DNA of 64,000 bases from an uncultured Candidatus Saccharibacteria bacterium (GCA_964563715.1 CAZLXA010000002.1:9467-73466), one strand, 5' to 3'; counted from the first letter of the stretch, positions 9,021 to 18,313 are shown. The notes: a model not told the origin generated them from the sequence alone. A program made the numbers and translations.

Positions 9021-10322
9021 ATGAGTAATTTCCAAACAATTTTAATTGCTATTTTTCTTTCCTTTTTTGTTTTTGGAGTTTTAATTTTCTCAGGTCTAAT
9101 TGATATTGGTAAAACCAAAGAAAATACTAGCCTACAAGGTAAGGTTGTTATTTGGGGTACTTTTCCAAGTGGAGTGATGATTGATGTGATTAAAAATATT
9201 AAATCAAATAATAAAGATTTAAATATAAGTTATATTAGAAAAGACCAAATGACTTACCAACAAGATTTAATTGAAGCCTTTGCCAATGGAGTTGCCCCTG
9301 ATTTGTTTATAATTACTCCAGATATGATAATCAGGAATACCAATTTCTTCTATAAAATCCCTTATGAAAGTTATGCGGAAAAAACTTATCGAGATACATT
9401 TATAAATGGAGCAGAAATTTATTTAGACACAGAAGGGGCTTTAGCATTTCCACTAGTCGTAGACCCAATGGTTTTGTATTATAACAAAGACATTTTATCA
9501 AATGAAGGTATTGTTTCTCCTCCGACAACTTGGGATGAATTATTTACCTTAAATTCGACATTAACCAAAAAAGAAAATAATGGAACTATTAGTCAAAGTA
9601 TGATTGCTCTTGGGCAGTACGATAATGTTAATAATGCAAAAGATATTTTAGTAAATTTACTTTTACAAAATAATAATTCCTTAATTAAGAAAAATGAAAA
9701 AGGTCTATATATTTCAACTCTAAGTAGTAATCCATCAAATCTATCAGTCACTCCAGCCCAATCGGTTTTGACTTTCTATAATGAGTTTTCAAATCCATCA
9801 AATATTGCTTATTCATGGAATAAATCTCTACCAGAATCGCGAGATATGTTTACGAGCGGTAAAATGGCATTTTATTTAGGACGGGCTAGTGAATTATTTA
9901 GTATTGAATCGATTAATCCTAATTTAAGTTTTGATGTTACTCAAATTCCACAAATTAAAAATTCCACAACCAAACGGGCATATGGAGAAATTTATGCTAT
10001 GGCTATCAATAAAAAGTCGCCCAATGTGTCTACGGCTTTTAACGTCGCAAGTAATATAGCTTTAGGAGATGAGGCGAAAAATTTTGCTACCGCATCTTCA
10101 CTCCCACCAGCATCGAAAGTTTTACTTTCCGATAAGCCTAAAGACCCATATCTATTTACTTTTTTTAATTCGGCTTTAATTGTCCGTTCATGGATAGACC
10201 CAGATAAAATTAAAAGTGATTTAATTTTTAGTGAATTAGTAGATAACATATTATCAAATAGATTGTCGATAGGTGAGGCTATTAATAAAGCTCAAGGCCA
10301 ACTTGAGATTTTAATTAAATAA
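9021..10322 (+). CDS. membrane-anchored extracellular solute-binding protein (ABC SBP family 1-like)
   Basis: N-terminal TM helix and an SBP_bac_1-like pattern (GxAPDLFI, VLYYNKD, PxTWDEL). No permease or ATPase genes adjacent. Confidence 0.55.
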   Translation: MSNFQTILIAIFLSFFVFGVLIFSGLIDIGKTKENTSLQGKVVIWGTFPSGVMIDVIKNIKSNNKDLNISYIRKDQMTYQQDLIEAFANGVAPDLFIITPDMIIRNTNFFYKIPYESYAEKTYRDTFINGAEIYLDTEGALAFPLVVDPMVLYYNKDILSNEGIVSPPTTWDELFTLNSTLTKKENNGTISQSMIALGQYDNVNNAKDILVNLLLQNNNSLIKKNEKGLYISTLSSNPSNLSVTPAQSVLTFYNEFSNPSNIAYSWNKSLPESRDMFTSGKMAFYLGRASELFSIESINPNLSFDVTQIPQIKNSTTKRAYGEIYAMAINKKSPNVSTAFNVASNIALGDEAKNFATASSLPPASKVLLSDKPKDPYLFTFFNSALIVRSWIDPDKIKSDLIFSELVDNILSNRLSIGEAINKAQGQLEILIK

Positions 10323-10327
10323 TAAAT

Positions 10328-10750
10328 ATGATTAAAAAATCGTTAATGTTTGTGCTGGCTTTTGTTATAATTTTCTTACCATCTTTTTTTGTCCTTGAGG
10401 CAAAAGAAGTTCAATTTAAAGGACTAGTGCCAATTTGTAATACTATGGTTGATGGAGCCAAAGGTGGTTTTTCTGATCCTTGTGATTTTGATGTGTTACT
10501 TGCTTTTGTAAATAAAATCATAAATTTTCTTTTAGTTGTCATGGCCACACCACTTTTTGCTCTTATTTTAGTTTATGTGGGTTGGTTGTACCTTAGTGAC
10601 ATGGGTAGTGCTGAGAATATTGGTAAGGCCAAAAAGATTTTGAAAAATGTTGTCATTGGTTATATCATAGCACTGGCTGCGTGGTTAATTGTTAAAACCA
10701 TACTTTCAACATTAGGCTTTAATCCAAAAGATGCATTTTTGCTTTTTTAA
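10328..10750 (+). CDS. TrbC/VirB2-like T4SS pilin family protein, paralog 1
   Basis: Signal peptide, GLVPIC...PCDF motif, then two hydrophobic helices split by a GSAENIGKAKKILKN loop. Confidence 0.55.
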   Translation: MIKKSLMFVLAFVIIFLPSFFVLEAKEVQFKGLVPICNTMVDGAKGGFSDPCDFDVLLAFVNKIINFLLVVMATPLFALILVYVGWLYLSDMGSAENIGKAKKILKNVVIGYIIALAAWLIVKTILSTLGFNPKDAFLLF

Positions 10751-10796
10751 TTATTATTAATCGTCGTTTTTAATATAGAATATATTTAATAAAAAA

Positions 10797-11234
10797 ATGA
10801 AGTTTTTAAAAAGAAGAAAATATGGTTTGATGTCAAATATTTTAAAGTATAGTTTTGTTATAGTTTTTGCATTAATGTTGATCACTCCAGTTTTATTGGT
10901 AAATGCAGAATTTGAGACAGGCGATGGTGTAAGCACTGGTACAAATATTACTACCGGTATTGAAAATCCACTGGGTCAAGATGGCCCTCAAGATATCCCG
11001 GCATTCATTCGTCTTATTGTCCGAGCGATTTTATATGTCGGAGTACCAATTGTCGCTTTAGCTATTATTTATACTGGATTTTTATTTGTGGAAGCGCAAG
11101 GCAATCCCGAGAAAATTACGAAAGCTAAGAAGGCTTTAACCTATACACTGATTGGGGCAGCATTATTATTAGGAGCATTTGTTGTCGCAGAAGCGATACA
11201 AGCAACGGTCGAAGAAATTACAAGCACAACATAA
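10797..11234 (+). CDS. TrbC/VirB2-like pilin family protein, paralog 2
   Basis: Signal peptide plus two TM helices separated by QGNPEKITKAKKAL. Confidence 0.5.
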   Translation: MKFLKRRKYGLMSNILKYSFVIVFALMLITPVLLVNAEFETGDGVSTGTNITTGIENPLGQDGPQDIPAFIRLIVRAILYVGVPIVALAIIYTGFLFVEAQGNPEKITKAKKALTYTLIGAALLLGAFVVAEAIQATVEEITSTT

Positions 11235-11265
11235 TATTATGTTGATTATTAATAAATATTAATTT

Positions 11266-11679
11266 ATGAAGAAAAAATTTGTATTACTCAGTAGTTTAAT
11301 TATTGTTGGATTGTTAATGTTTACCTCCGTAGGGGCAGTTTCTCCTGCAGATGGTAGTCCAGCTGTAACATCAACTACAACTGAGAGAATTTGTAGTAAT
11401 AATTCATTGACAGATGTAACCGGTATAATTAATTGGGCTAGTTGTTTGTTGGTTAAAACAATAATTCCATTTTTATTTGCTCTGGCAACAGTAGCCTTTA
11501 TTTGGGGAGTGATTCAATATTATTTGAATCCTGATAATGAAGAGAAAAGAAAAAAAGGTAAAAGTTTTATTATTGGAGGTTTGATTGCATTATTTGTCAT
11601 GTTGTCAGTCTGGGGCCTAGTCGCAATCTTAACTAACACATTTGGGTTGAGTAATACTATTCCACAGCTTCCACAATAG
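11266..11679 (+). CDS. TrbC/VirB2-like pilin family protein, paralog 3
   Basis: Signal peptide, FIWGVIQYY, loop NPDNEEKRKKGKS, second TM helix. Confidence 0.5.
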   Translation: MKKKFVLLSSLIIVGLLMFTSVGAVSPADGSPAVTSTTTERICSNNSLTDVTGIINWASCLLVKTIIPFLFALATVAFIWGVIQYYLNPDNEEKRKKGKSFIIGGLIALFVMLSVWGLVAILTNTFGLSNTIPQLPQ

Positions 11680-11793
11680 GGTAGATATTGTTTTTTGTTT
11701 TTGTGTTATACTTAGTTAGTAAAGGTAAAAGTCTTTTTCACTTTGGTCGGTAGAAAAGACAATATTATAAAAATGTTTTATTATTAAAAATAT

Positions 11794-12159
11794 ATGAAGA
11801 AAATTATTTCGTTTGGGGCAGTTTTGGGAGCTTTCCCAGTTGTGGCTTTAGCTGCTGATGCTTGGTCAATTTTGGGTAATATTGGTAATCTATTAGGATT
11901 TGTTATTCCAATACTTATTACTTTAGCAGTTGTTTATTTTATCTGGGGTGTCATTCAATACACTGTTTCAAATGATGAAGAAGCTAAGAAGGGTGCTCGT
12001 GGTAAAATTATTCAAGGACTTATCGGTTTGTTTGTTATTGTGGCCTTCTGGGGCATTTTATCACTTATAACAAGTACATTTGGAGTAGGACCTGAACAAT
12101 TAGACCCAAGTATGATTCCTTGTATTCCAAATGAACAAGCAGGAGTATTTTGTAATTAA
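11794..12159 (+). CDS. TrbC/VirB2-like pilin family protein, paralog 4
   Basis: Signal peptide, FIWGVIQYT, loop SNDEEAKKGARGK, second TM helix. Closest to paralog 3. Confidence 0.5.
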   Translation: MKKIISFGAVLGAFPVVALAADAWSILGNIGNLLGFVIPILITLAVVYFIWGVIQYTVSNDEEAKKGARGKIIQGLIGLFVIVAFWGILSLITSTFGVGPEQLDPSMIPCIPNEQAGVFCN

Positions 12160-12162
12160 TTT

Positions 12163-12486
12163 ATGTTTCAAATTATTCCCATAGCTGAAGCTAATATTGT
12201 GACTTTAATGGAAAGTATTAATCGGGTTATTATTAATCCATTAATTATTTTACTTTTTGCTTTGGCTGCCGTTTACTTCCTATTTGGTGTGGCTAAATTT
12301 TTATTAGCCCAAGGCAATGAAGAAGTTCGTAAGACAAGTAAAAGTCATATGGTTTGGGGAATAGTTGGAATGTTTATTATGATTGCCGTTTTCGGAATAA
12401 TGAATATTATTCTTACAACTCTAGATGAGGATAGAATAAATTTAGAAGATAATGGTAATTACACAATACAAGAGATGGTTCAATAG
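12163..12486 (+). CDS. TrbC/VirB2-like pilin family protein, paralog 5
   Basis: Two TM helices separated by QGNEEVRKTSKSH. Starts 3 nt after paralog 4. Confidence 0.45.
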   Translation: MFQIIPIAEANIVTLMESINRVIINPLIILLFALAAVYFLFGVAKFLLAQGNEEVRKTSKSHMVWGIVGMFIMIAVFGIMNIILTTLDEDRINLEDNGNYTIQEMVQ

Positions 12487-12511
12487 TATAAACAAAAATA
12501 TACAAAAGAAA

Positions 12512-12547
12512 AACGCCTCCTCATTTGATTGAGGGGGCGTTTTGTTT
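12512..12547. terminator. bidirectional terminator hairpin
   Basis: AAACGCCTCCTCA-TTTGAT-TGAGGGGGCGTTT followed by a T-run, between convergent genes. Confidence 0.55.
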
Positions 12548-12562
12548 TTTGAAATGTACAAA

Positions 12563-12991
12563 TTATATATCTCGCTTTCGCAAGATTAAGTAACCAGATT
12601 CTCCATTGCTTGATTTAAACCAAAGTTGTTCATTGTGCTCTGATTTTCCAAACTTAGAGGAAATGTCTTGTTTCTTTTGTCCACATTTTTCAACACCATT
12701 CGCATTTATTACGCAGTATGGCTGTGTTGAATTTAGGAAAGCTCCACGACAAGAGCTGGGCACATAAACAGGATCTCCATATTCACCAGTATAATACACT
12801 GTGTCGTATGTGTATTCGATATTGGCGACGGTAGTGGAAGAATTTGCTCCAGGACTATACTCCATTTTTGGCGGATCATAATTCAATTCATCGTTATCTT
12901 TTGCTTTGGAATTTTTTATTCCGGAGATGATAAAAGGAATTACGATAATCAAAATGAGTGCAATACTCAAGAAAATTTTTAACTTATTCAT
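12563..12991 (-). CDS. secreted/membrane-anchored hypothetical protein (142 aa)
   Basis: N-terminal TM helix or signal peptide, and 3 Cys. Its start overlaps the upstream gene's stop (ATGA). Confidence 0.45.
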   Translation of the reverse strand: MNKLKIFLSIALILIIVIPFIISGIKNSKAKDNDELNYDPPKMEYSPGANSSTTVANIEYTYDTVYYTGEYGDPVYVPSSCRGAFLNSTQPYCVINANGVEKCGQKKQDISSKFGKSEHNEQLWFKSSNGESGYLILRKRDI

Positions 12992-14184
12992 GATTTGCCT
13001 CCTTTCATAATGTTAGAAATTAAATCACCAATTCCAGCGATATTTCCTAAAGAACCTTCATAAATAAATCCAGTTCCTGGTTTAAAGTTTTTCCATTTCA
13101 TGATAGCATTATAGCAATCAATATATGGAACATTCGGTACACCACTCTTTTCTAACGCGGACCTAAGAAGGTCCACTTTTTTGATATCCGTTTCTACTTC
13201 ATAGGTTTCTGAATTTCGCTCTTTTTCTTCTTTCTGAAGAGCAATATCAGCTAAATAGATATCCCCAAATGGTTTAACATCACCGACCGTCAACCTTTTT
13301 AGATAGGTGCCAGTATTAGCGATCTTAATTCTGGCGTTACCATTTTTAATTTTTTCGAGCAGAATTTTCCTTTTTTTTATCTTATCTCTAAGAATGTCGA
13401 TGTCAATATTTAGGCGGTTAATCGTACTTAAGAGTTTTTCCCAATTAAGGTTAAATTGATCAGACCAATCATCTTTAAAATCTTTCCCATCCCCCCATTC
13501 TTCTCTAATAATTGCATTTTGCGGATTTTTATTAAGATACCAATCCAAAAGAATAGGAGTAGGAATATGATCATTAATTTTTTCAAAATGATCATATCCA
13601 TCGCTAGGAGGGTTGTCTTCAGAAGAACAAAGAGATTTAGCTAGAAAATCTAAGGTTTTTAATCCTGAACTTATCATTTCTTTCCATTCCATAGGTCCCT
13701 CAGTTATACTTCTTGAATATTCCCTAAGACCACCTTCTAAAATATCAGAAATGTGTTTATCAACCTTAGAATCTTCCCCAATTTCAATAAAAGTTCGAAT
13801 ATCTTCTTCCACTATATTCCACTCAAGTGAAATAGGAATTTTAATATTTATATTGTCTGGAGTTAATACATCTTGCGGATCAAGATCTTTTATTCGACGA
13901 TCTACTGAAAAAATTAGAATATCAAACAGTAATCTTTTTAAGAAGATCCAGTTATAACCTTCTCTCAAAATTACAGGTTTGTTATCAGGTTTCCAAATTT
14001 TTTTGTTTAATCTTGTTAGAACTCCAATTTGGGGAGGTCGATTTTTTATACTATCGTCGATTCCCTGAATTATTACTATTCCAACAATTAGAACTGGAAG
14101 TCCTGTCCAAAGATTTGGAAAAAGAAAAATGAAGATAATTAGGATAATCATTAAAATGATTAGAACCCAGAGTGTGTTTTTCAT
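12988..14184 (-). CDS. membrane protein with possible SPFH/band-7-like domain
   Basis: Two N-terminal TM helices. The segment IGVLTRLNK...REGYNWIF...DVLTPDNINIKIPISLEWNIVE resembles the SPFH core. Assignment is weak. Confidence 0.4.
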   Translation of the reverse strand: MKNTLWVLIILMIILIIFIFLFPNLWTGLPVLIVGIVIIQGIDDSIKNRPPQIGVLTRLNKKIWKPDNKPVILREGYNWIFLKRLLFDILIFSVDRRIKDLDPQDVLTPDNINIKIPISLEWNIVEEDIRTFIEIGEDSKVDKHISDILEGGLREYSRSITEGPMEWKEMISSGLKTLDFLAKSLCSSEDNPPSDGYDHFEKINDHIPTPILLDWYLNKNPQNAIIREEWGDGKDFKDDWSDQFNLNWEKLLSTINRLNIDIDILRDKIKKRKILLEKIKNGNARIKIANTGTYLKRLTVGDVKPFGDIYLADIALQKEEKERNSETYEVETDIKKVDLLRSALEKSGVPNVPYIDCYNAIMKWKNFKPGTGFIYEGSLGNIAGIGDLISNIMKGGKS

Positions 14185-14531
14185 GTCGTTTTGTTTTTTT
14201 GTATTAGTTGTTTATGATTTATTGATTTGATTATTTCATCGCCAATTATTTTGAGAGGGGATTAGCGCACAAAATAATCAAATCAATTGAATTAACAACA
14301 TTTGTCAAAAAGCCTTAAATTTAACGTATTATATCACACATAATGGCTATTTGTCAAGGAGATAATTTGAAAAATATACATACATTTTAAGGTCAATTTA
14401 TTGAATATATTTGATTTTTTAGATAAAAATGCTATACTCACAAGTAATTAATGATAATAGATTACTGATTATAAACTTGGATTCATTTTTTTAATTCGTA
14501 ATTCTTAATTATTAATTCGTAATTATTTTAC

Positions 14532-14606
14532 GGCCTTATCGTCTAACGGTTAGGACATCGGCTTTTCAAGCCGGTAATCCGGGTTCGATTCCCGGTAGGG
14601 TCACCA
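14532..14606 (+). tRNA. tRNA-Glu (anticodon UUC), CCA encoded
   Basis: Cloverleaf folded by hand: acceptor GGCCTTA/TAGGGTC, anticodon stem TCGGC/GCCGG, loop TTTTCAA, T-arm CCGGG-TTCGATT-CCCGG. Confidence 0.9.
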
Positions 14607-16275
14607 ACAAGCCTTTTGAAGTATATTTTTCTCTATTTATCCTTAAAACTAAAGTCAATTTAGGTGTTCCACTAATTATTTCTTTACAAGTTGGAAACTC
14701 TTCAAAGATCAAACTAAATACTGCCTGCAATTCTTCGGGAGAAGTAATATCTTCAAGCATTTTAGCTGGGTGTTCCATTAAATCTTTTGAAGATTTAATA
14801 TACTCGATTACATCTTCTTCTCTTAATTCAACAGTTTTTCTATTTTCTTTCGATTTATTTATTTTAACTTGTAGTTCTGCTATTTGTTCTTCAATACCAT
14901 TTCTAACAGCGTCCATCGTAGCTAATGGAAAAGATTTTATTAAGTTTGCCTTCTCTAACTCCAAATCTGCAATATGTTGATTTGCTTGAGAAGAAGAAAT
15001 AGCAAGATCACCTTCTTGTTCACGATACTTGAAAAGCAAAACTCTATCAAGAATTTTTATAAAACTATCCGTATAACGAAGTTTGTTTATAAAAGTAAAA
15101 AATTGTTTTTCAATCTCAATTTGATTATAAGAGACTCTTTTATGATTTCTTTCACAGTGATACGCGCCAAATTTAGCACCACTTTTACCAGTTGAAAAAC
15201 TAGCCTTCATAGATTTCCTACAAATATCACAAAGAAGCACCCCTTTAATCGGAAAACTAGGATTATATTTTTTTCTTTTTGCAGAAAGACTAGAAAGATT
15301 TTTCTTTAAAATTAACTGATCTTTACTAATACTTTCAAGATAAATTTTACCTCTGTTTGCTTTATTAAAAGTATCTATAGATACTAAGCCTTTATATTTA
15401 GCAATAATAGGTTGATTTTTTGTCCATTTTTCACATATAACACCACAATAAGTTGTTCTTTTAATTATTGCCTGTAAATGTTTTACTGTCATCTGATGTC
15501 CTCCTATTGAACCCAAAACTTTTTGTTTTGATTTATCCCATCTTTTTTGTAATGGTGTTTTATATCCGATAGTATTTAACTCATCACAAATTTGTTTATC
15601 GGACAATAAACCATCAGCTCGTAAATTAAAAACTTTAATTATAAAAAGTGATCTTTCAGGGTCTGGAACTTGTATACATTTCTTTTTATTTTCAACAAAA
15701 ATTTGTTTATTTACATATCCTTCATCAGGTCTACCTATTTGATAACCATCTTGGGTAAGGCGTATTTCTGGCTTAATAAGACGATGCAAAATTTTTATTC
15801 TTTCTTTTCTTGCGTCTTCAACTTTCTGCCTTTCTGCGTCTTCGCTCGGTCTTGCCACAGCCCAAGAATATTCAAAATCAAAACCAAATTCCTCGAAAGA
15901 ATTTTTCTCATCTTGAATTATTTCTGTTGTATCTCTTAATTTTACATCGAATTGTTTTACATCTTCCCATATTTGATCATAGTCAATGGTTCCAGCTCTA
16001 GTCAATCTATCAAAATCCCAAAAAACAAAATATTTTATATTTACTTGCTTTTTATTGCCCTTTAGTATTTCCATTATTTGTAAATAAACAGGTCTATTTT
16101 TCTTTGTCCCTGTGTAAGGTTCTTTAAAAACAATACCTTGAGGAAAGAGTTTCCAACCCATTTTTTCACAATGAAGTTTTATTTCTCTTTCTTGATCATC
16201 TAAACCCTCGCCATTTTGAGCTTGTTTTGGGCTACTAACTCTTGCATATCCAATTACATAAATAGGTTCGTTCAT
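14566..16275 (-). CDS. large serine recombinase (resolvase/invertase N-domain + recombinase domain + zinc ribbon)
   Basis: YARVSSPKQ catalytic-Ser motif, central recombinase domain, CDICRKS...YHCERNH zinc ribbon and a coiled-coil tail. The last 13 codons are antisense to tRNA-Glu. Confidence 0.85.
   Translation of the reverse strand: MNEPIYVIGYARVSSPKQAQNGEGLDDQEREIKLHCEKMGWKLFPQGIVFKEPYTGTKKNRPVYLQIMEILKGNKKQVNIKYFVFWDFDRLTRAGTIDYDQIWEDVKQFDVKLRDTTEIIQDEKNSFEEFGFDFEYSWAVARPSEDAERQKVEDARKERIKILHRLIKPEIRLTQDGYQIGRPDEGYVNKQIFVENKKKCIQVPDPERSLFIIKVFNLRADGLLSDKQICDELNTIGYKTPLQKRWDKSKQKVLGSIGGHQMTVKHLQAIIKRTTYCGVICEKWTKNQPIIAKYKGLVSIDTFNKANRGKIYLESISKDQLILKKNLSSLSAKRKKYNPSFPIKGVLLCDICRKSMKASFSTGKSGAKFGAYHCERNHKRVSYNQIEIEKQFFTFINKLRYTDSFIKILDRVLLFKYREQEGDLAISSSQANQHIADLELEKANLIKSFPLATMDAVRNGIEEQIAELQVKINKSKENRKTVELREEDVIEYIKSSKDLMEHPAKMLEDITSPEELQAVFSLIFEEFPTCKEIISGTPKLTLVLRINREKYTSKGLLVTLPGIEPGLPA
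14590..14604. repeat. attL core (direct repeat)
   Basis: TCCCGGTAGGGTCAC, identical to 21491-21505. Confidence 0.8.
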
Positions 16276-16290
16276 CGCAAGTATATTTTA

Positions 16291-16452
16291 TCATTTATTA
16301 TCTAAATCTTTAAGCTTTTTATCAATAAACATTTTAAAAGCTATATCAGCAAAGCGAGAAGACATACCAAATAGTTGCTCAATTTCTTTTTCAGAAAATT
16401 GTTTTAATTCCTGTTCTGTAAGTATTTGAGTTTTAAACTCATTAAGCGTCAT
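16291..16452 (-). CDS. small ORF (53 aa) directly upstream of the recombinase; possible directionality factor or regulator
   Basis: Hand-translated as MTLNEFKTQILTEQELKQFSEKEIEQLFGMSSRFADIAFKMFIDKKLKDLDNK. Its stop is 15 nt before the recombinase ATG. It is below the ORF-track size cutoff. Confidence 0.3.
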   Translation of the reverse strand: MTLNEFKTQILTEQELKQFSEKEIEQLFGMSSRFADIAFKMFIDKKLKDLDNK

Positions 16453-16504
16453 TCATAGAGTTTATTCTTAAAAATCTATACAGTAAAAACTGCTTTAAAC
16501 TATA

Positions 16505-17257
16505 CTACTTAGACATCTTAGAAATTATTTTTCTTATTGATCCATTAGATAACTTCTGTTTAAATACTTTTTTAACATAAATTTGAATGATTGTTTCTTT
16601 TCTTTCAAAATTCTTTAATTTACTTTGTATTTCAGGCAAAAGCCCATCATTTTTTGCCAAAAGAAGAAGATCTTTAATCTTTATCTTATGATAATGAAAT
16701 ATAAAATTATCTCTTAAAAAATATTGAGACGGTTTCAGTTTTATAGCCTTGTTTCCACTTAATTTTAATTGAGTTTCAGAAATTATTTTTGAATTAGAAA
16801 GTATAAAAGTTTTAATATTATTAACTGGATTATTTGTTCCAATTCTTACATAGACACCTTTTGGTAAAAACAGACTTTTGTTAGGTAAATCAATAGCTTC
16901 AGATAAAGAAAAAAATTCACAGCCTGTTAAATTTATATTCTTTATAGTTTTATCTGATACTTGATTAAAAATAAAATATTCTTGAAGAAAATCATTAACC
17001 GTCTGGTCTTGAGATATAAATGTGTCAAAATGACTAGGATTATTGTGGGCTAATATAGCTTTATACACGCCTAAATGTCTTACAACAGTAGTTAAATCAT
17101 ATTTACTAAGATCTATGCCATTACCAAAAGCAATACCATATTTAGGCAAACCAGCCCTTTCTCGATGGACAAAAAGAAGTTCCTTGTTTTTCTTTTTAGC
17201 AAGTAATTGAAATAAAACTTGTATTTTTGAAGTGTCTTTTTTCTTTATCATAAACAA
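16505..17257 (-). CDS. island hypothetical protein (250 aa)
   Basis: ORF only. No motif recognised. Very AT-rich. Confidence 0.45.
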   Translation of the reverse strand: MFMIKKKDTSKIQVLFQLLAKKKNKELLFVHRERAGLPKYGIAFGNGIDLSKYDLTTVVRHLGVYKAILAHNNPSHFDTFISQDQTVNDFLQEYFIFNQVSDKTIKNINLTGCEFFSLSEAIDLPNKSLFLPKGVYVRIGTNNPVNNIKTFILSNSKIISETQLKLSGNKAIKLKPSQYFLRDNFIFHYHKIKIKDLLLLAKNDGLLPEIQSKLKNFERKETIIQIYVKKVFKQKLSNGSIRKIISKMSK

Positions 17258-17367
17258 TTACAGTTTACCATTTTTGCTTCAATTTTCCTTAGTTTTTTGT
17301 TATACTAAAATCACAACTAAATAAGTTTTCCTAACCCCTATGAGATTTATTATAGGATATGGAATTT

Positions 17368-17507
17368 AATCGCGACGAACTTAAAGAACCTATCATTAGG
17401 GCGTTCGTCGCGTTATATTGGGAAACCGATATATAGATCTTCGGATCTTCCTAGTGGTAGGCTTTTTGCGTCTTACGCTAGGAATTTATCATTAAATCGC
17501 GACGAAC
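17368..17507. promoter_or_regulatory. iteron/operator-like repeats in the divergent intergenic region
   Basis: AATCGCGACGAAC at 17368-17380 and 17495-17507, with an inverted copy GTTCGTCGCG at 17403-17412. Also an AGATC-TTCG-GATCT hairpin. Confidence 0.45.
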
Positions 17508-17512
17508 AATTT

Positions 17513-17872
17513 ATGGATAAAAAGACAAAAATAATATTGGTAATTGTTTTAATAATAGGTTTATTTTATATATCAAAAAATCTTTTCTCAAATAAAGAAG
17601 CTGATTTATTTCAGAAAAAACAAGAGTGTTCTAAAAACTATGATTTAGTAAATCAAAAAATTAAGGATAGTGGCAGAATTATGAGTAATGAAAGCTACAC
17701 ACTCAATGAGATCTTTTATAGCCCTAAAATGAATACTTGTTTATATGCTTACACTATTCACACTGGAGGCGGAGAAGAAATTTATAGTATTTATGATGTC
17801 TTTGGTGGGGATATTTTTGGAGGTAGTCTTTCTGATGAATTTCAAAAGGAAAGAACAAAATTAAAACAATAA
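17513..17872 (+). CDS. island small membrane-anchored/secreted protein (119 aa)
   Basis: N-terminal TM helix (IILVIVLIIGLFYI) and 2 Cys. Confidence 0.4.
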   Translation: MDKKTKIILVIVLIIGLFYISKNLFSNKEADLFQKKQECSKNYDLVNQKIKDSGRIMSNESYTLNEIFYSPKMNTCLYAYTIHTGGGEEIYSIYDVFGGDIFGGSLSDEFQKERTKLKQ

Positions 17873-18253
17873 TTAAAACTTTCGTATAACTTCTTCAGCA
17901 ATTCTTTGATGATCGAAACTAAATTCAGGAAGTTCCTCGAGATGATTTTTTTCAAAAATTGTATTGGTTGAAAATTCTCTTTTGTATTTTCTTTCTAATA
18001 GCCAAGCACAGGCTTTCCAATCTTTCACTCCAGCCTTTCTGATTGTTTCCAATAGTGTTTGCTTGTATTCAATCACACTTTTGGCAACTTTATCCGAAAA
18101 GTCCGAATTTGAACGCTTCCAATTACAAAGCGTATCTTCGTCTATCCCAGCGAGCAAAGAGGCTTCTTTTTGGGTTAAACCATTGCTTAAAGCCTCAGTG
18201 ATAATAGCAACCCTCTCAGGGGTCATCTTGTATTGTATTTTAGAATTAACCAT
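17873..18253 (-). CDS. HTH DNA-binding protein (phage terminase-small-subunit-like / homeodomain-like)
   Basis: GLTQKEASLLAGIDEDTLCNWKR HTH, followed by WKACAWLLERKY, a pattern common in small phage/mobile-element HTH proteins. Confidence 0.5.
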   Translation of the reverse strand: MVNSKIQYKMTPERVAIITEALSNGLTQKEASLLAGIDEDTLCNWKRSNSDFSDKVAKSVIEYKQTLLETIRKAGVKDWKACAWLLERKYKREFSTNTIFEKNHLEELPEFSFDHQRIAEEVIRKF

Positions 18254-18313
18254 AAATTATTCTTAGCGATTAACTAATAATTTACGATTTGATAATTTAA
18301 TTATAACAGAGAA

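Noticed and set aside
10328-12486. Calling a complete type IV secretion or conjugation system from the pilin array.
   Set aside because: No VirB4, VirB6, VirD4 or relaxase-like genes are present in this window. Only the pilin-like subunits can be supported.
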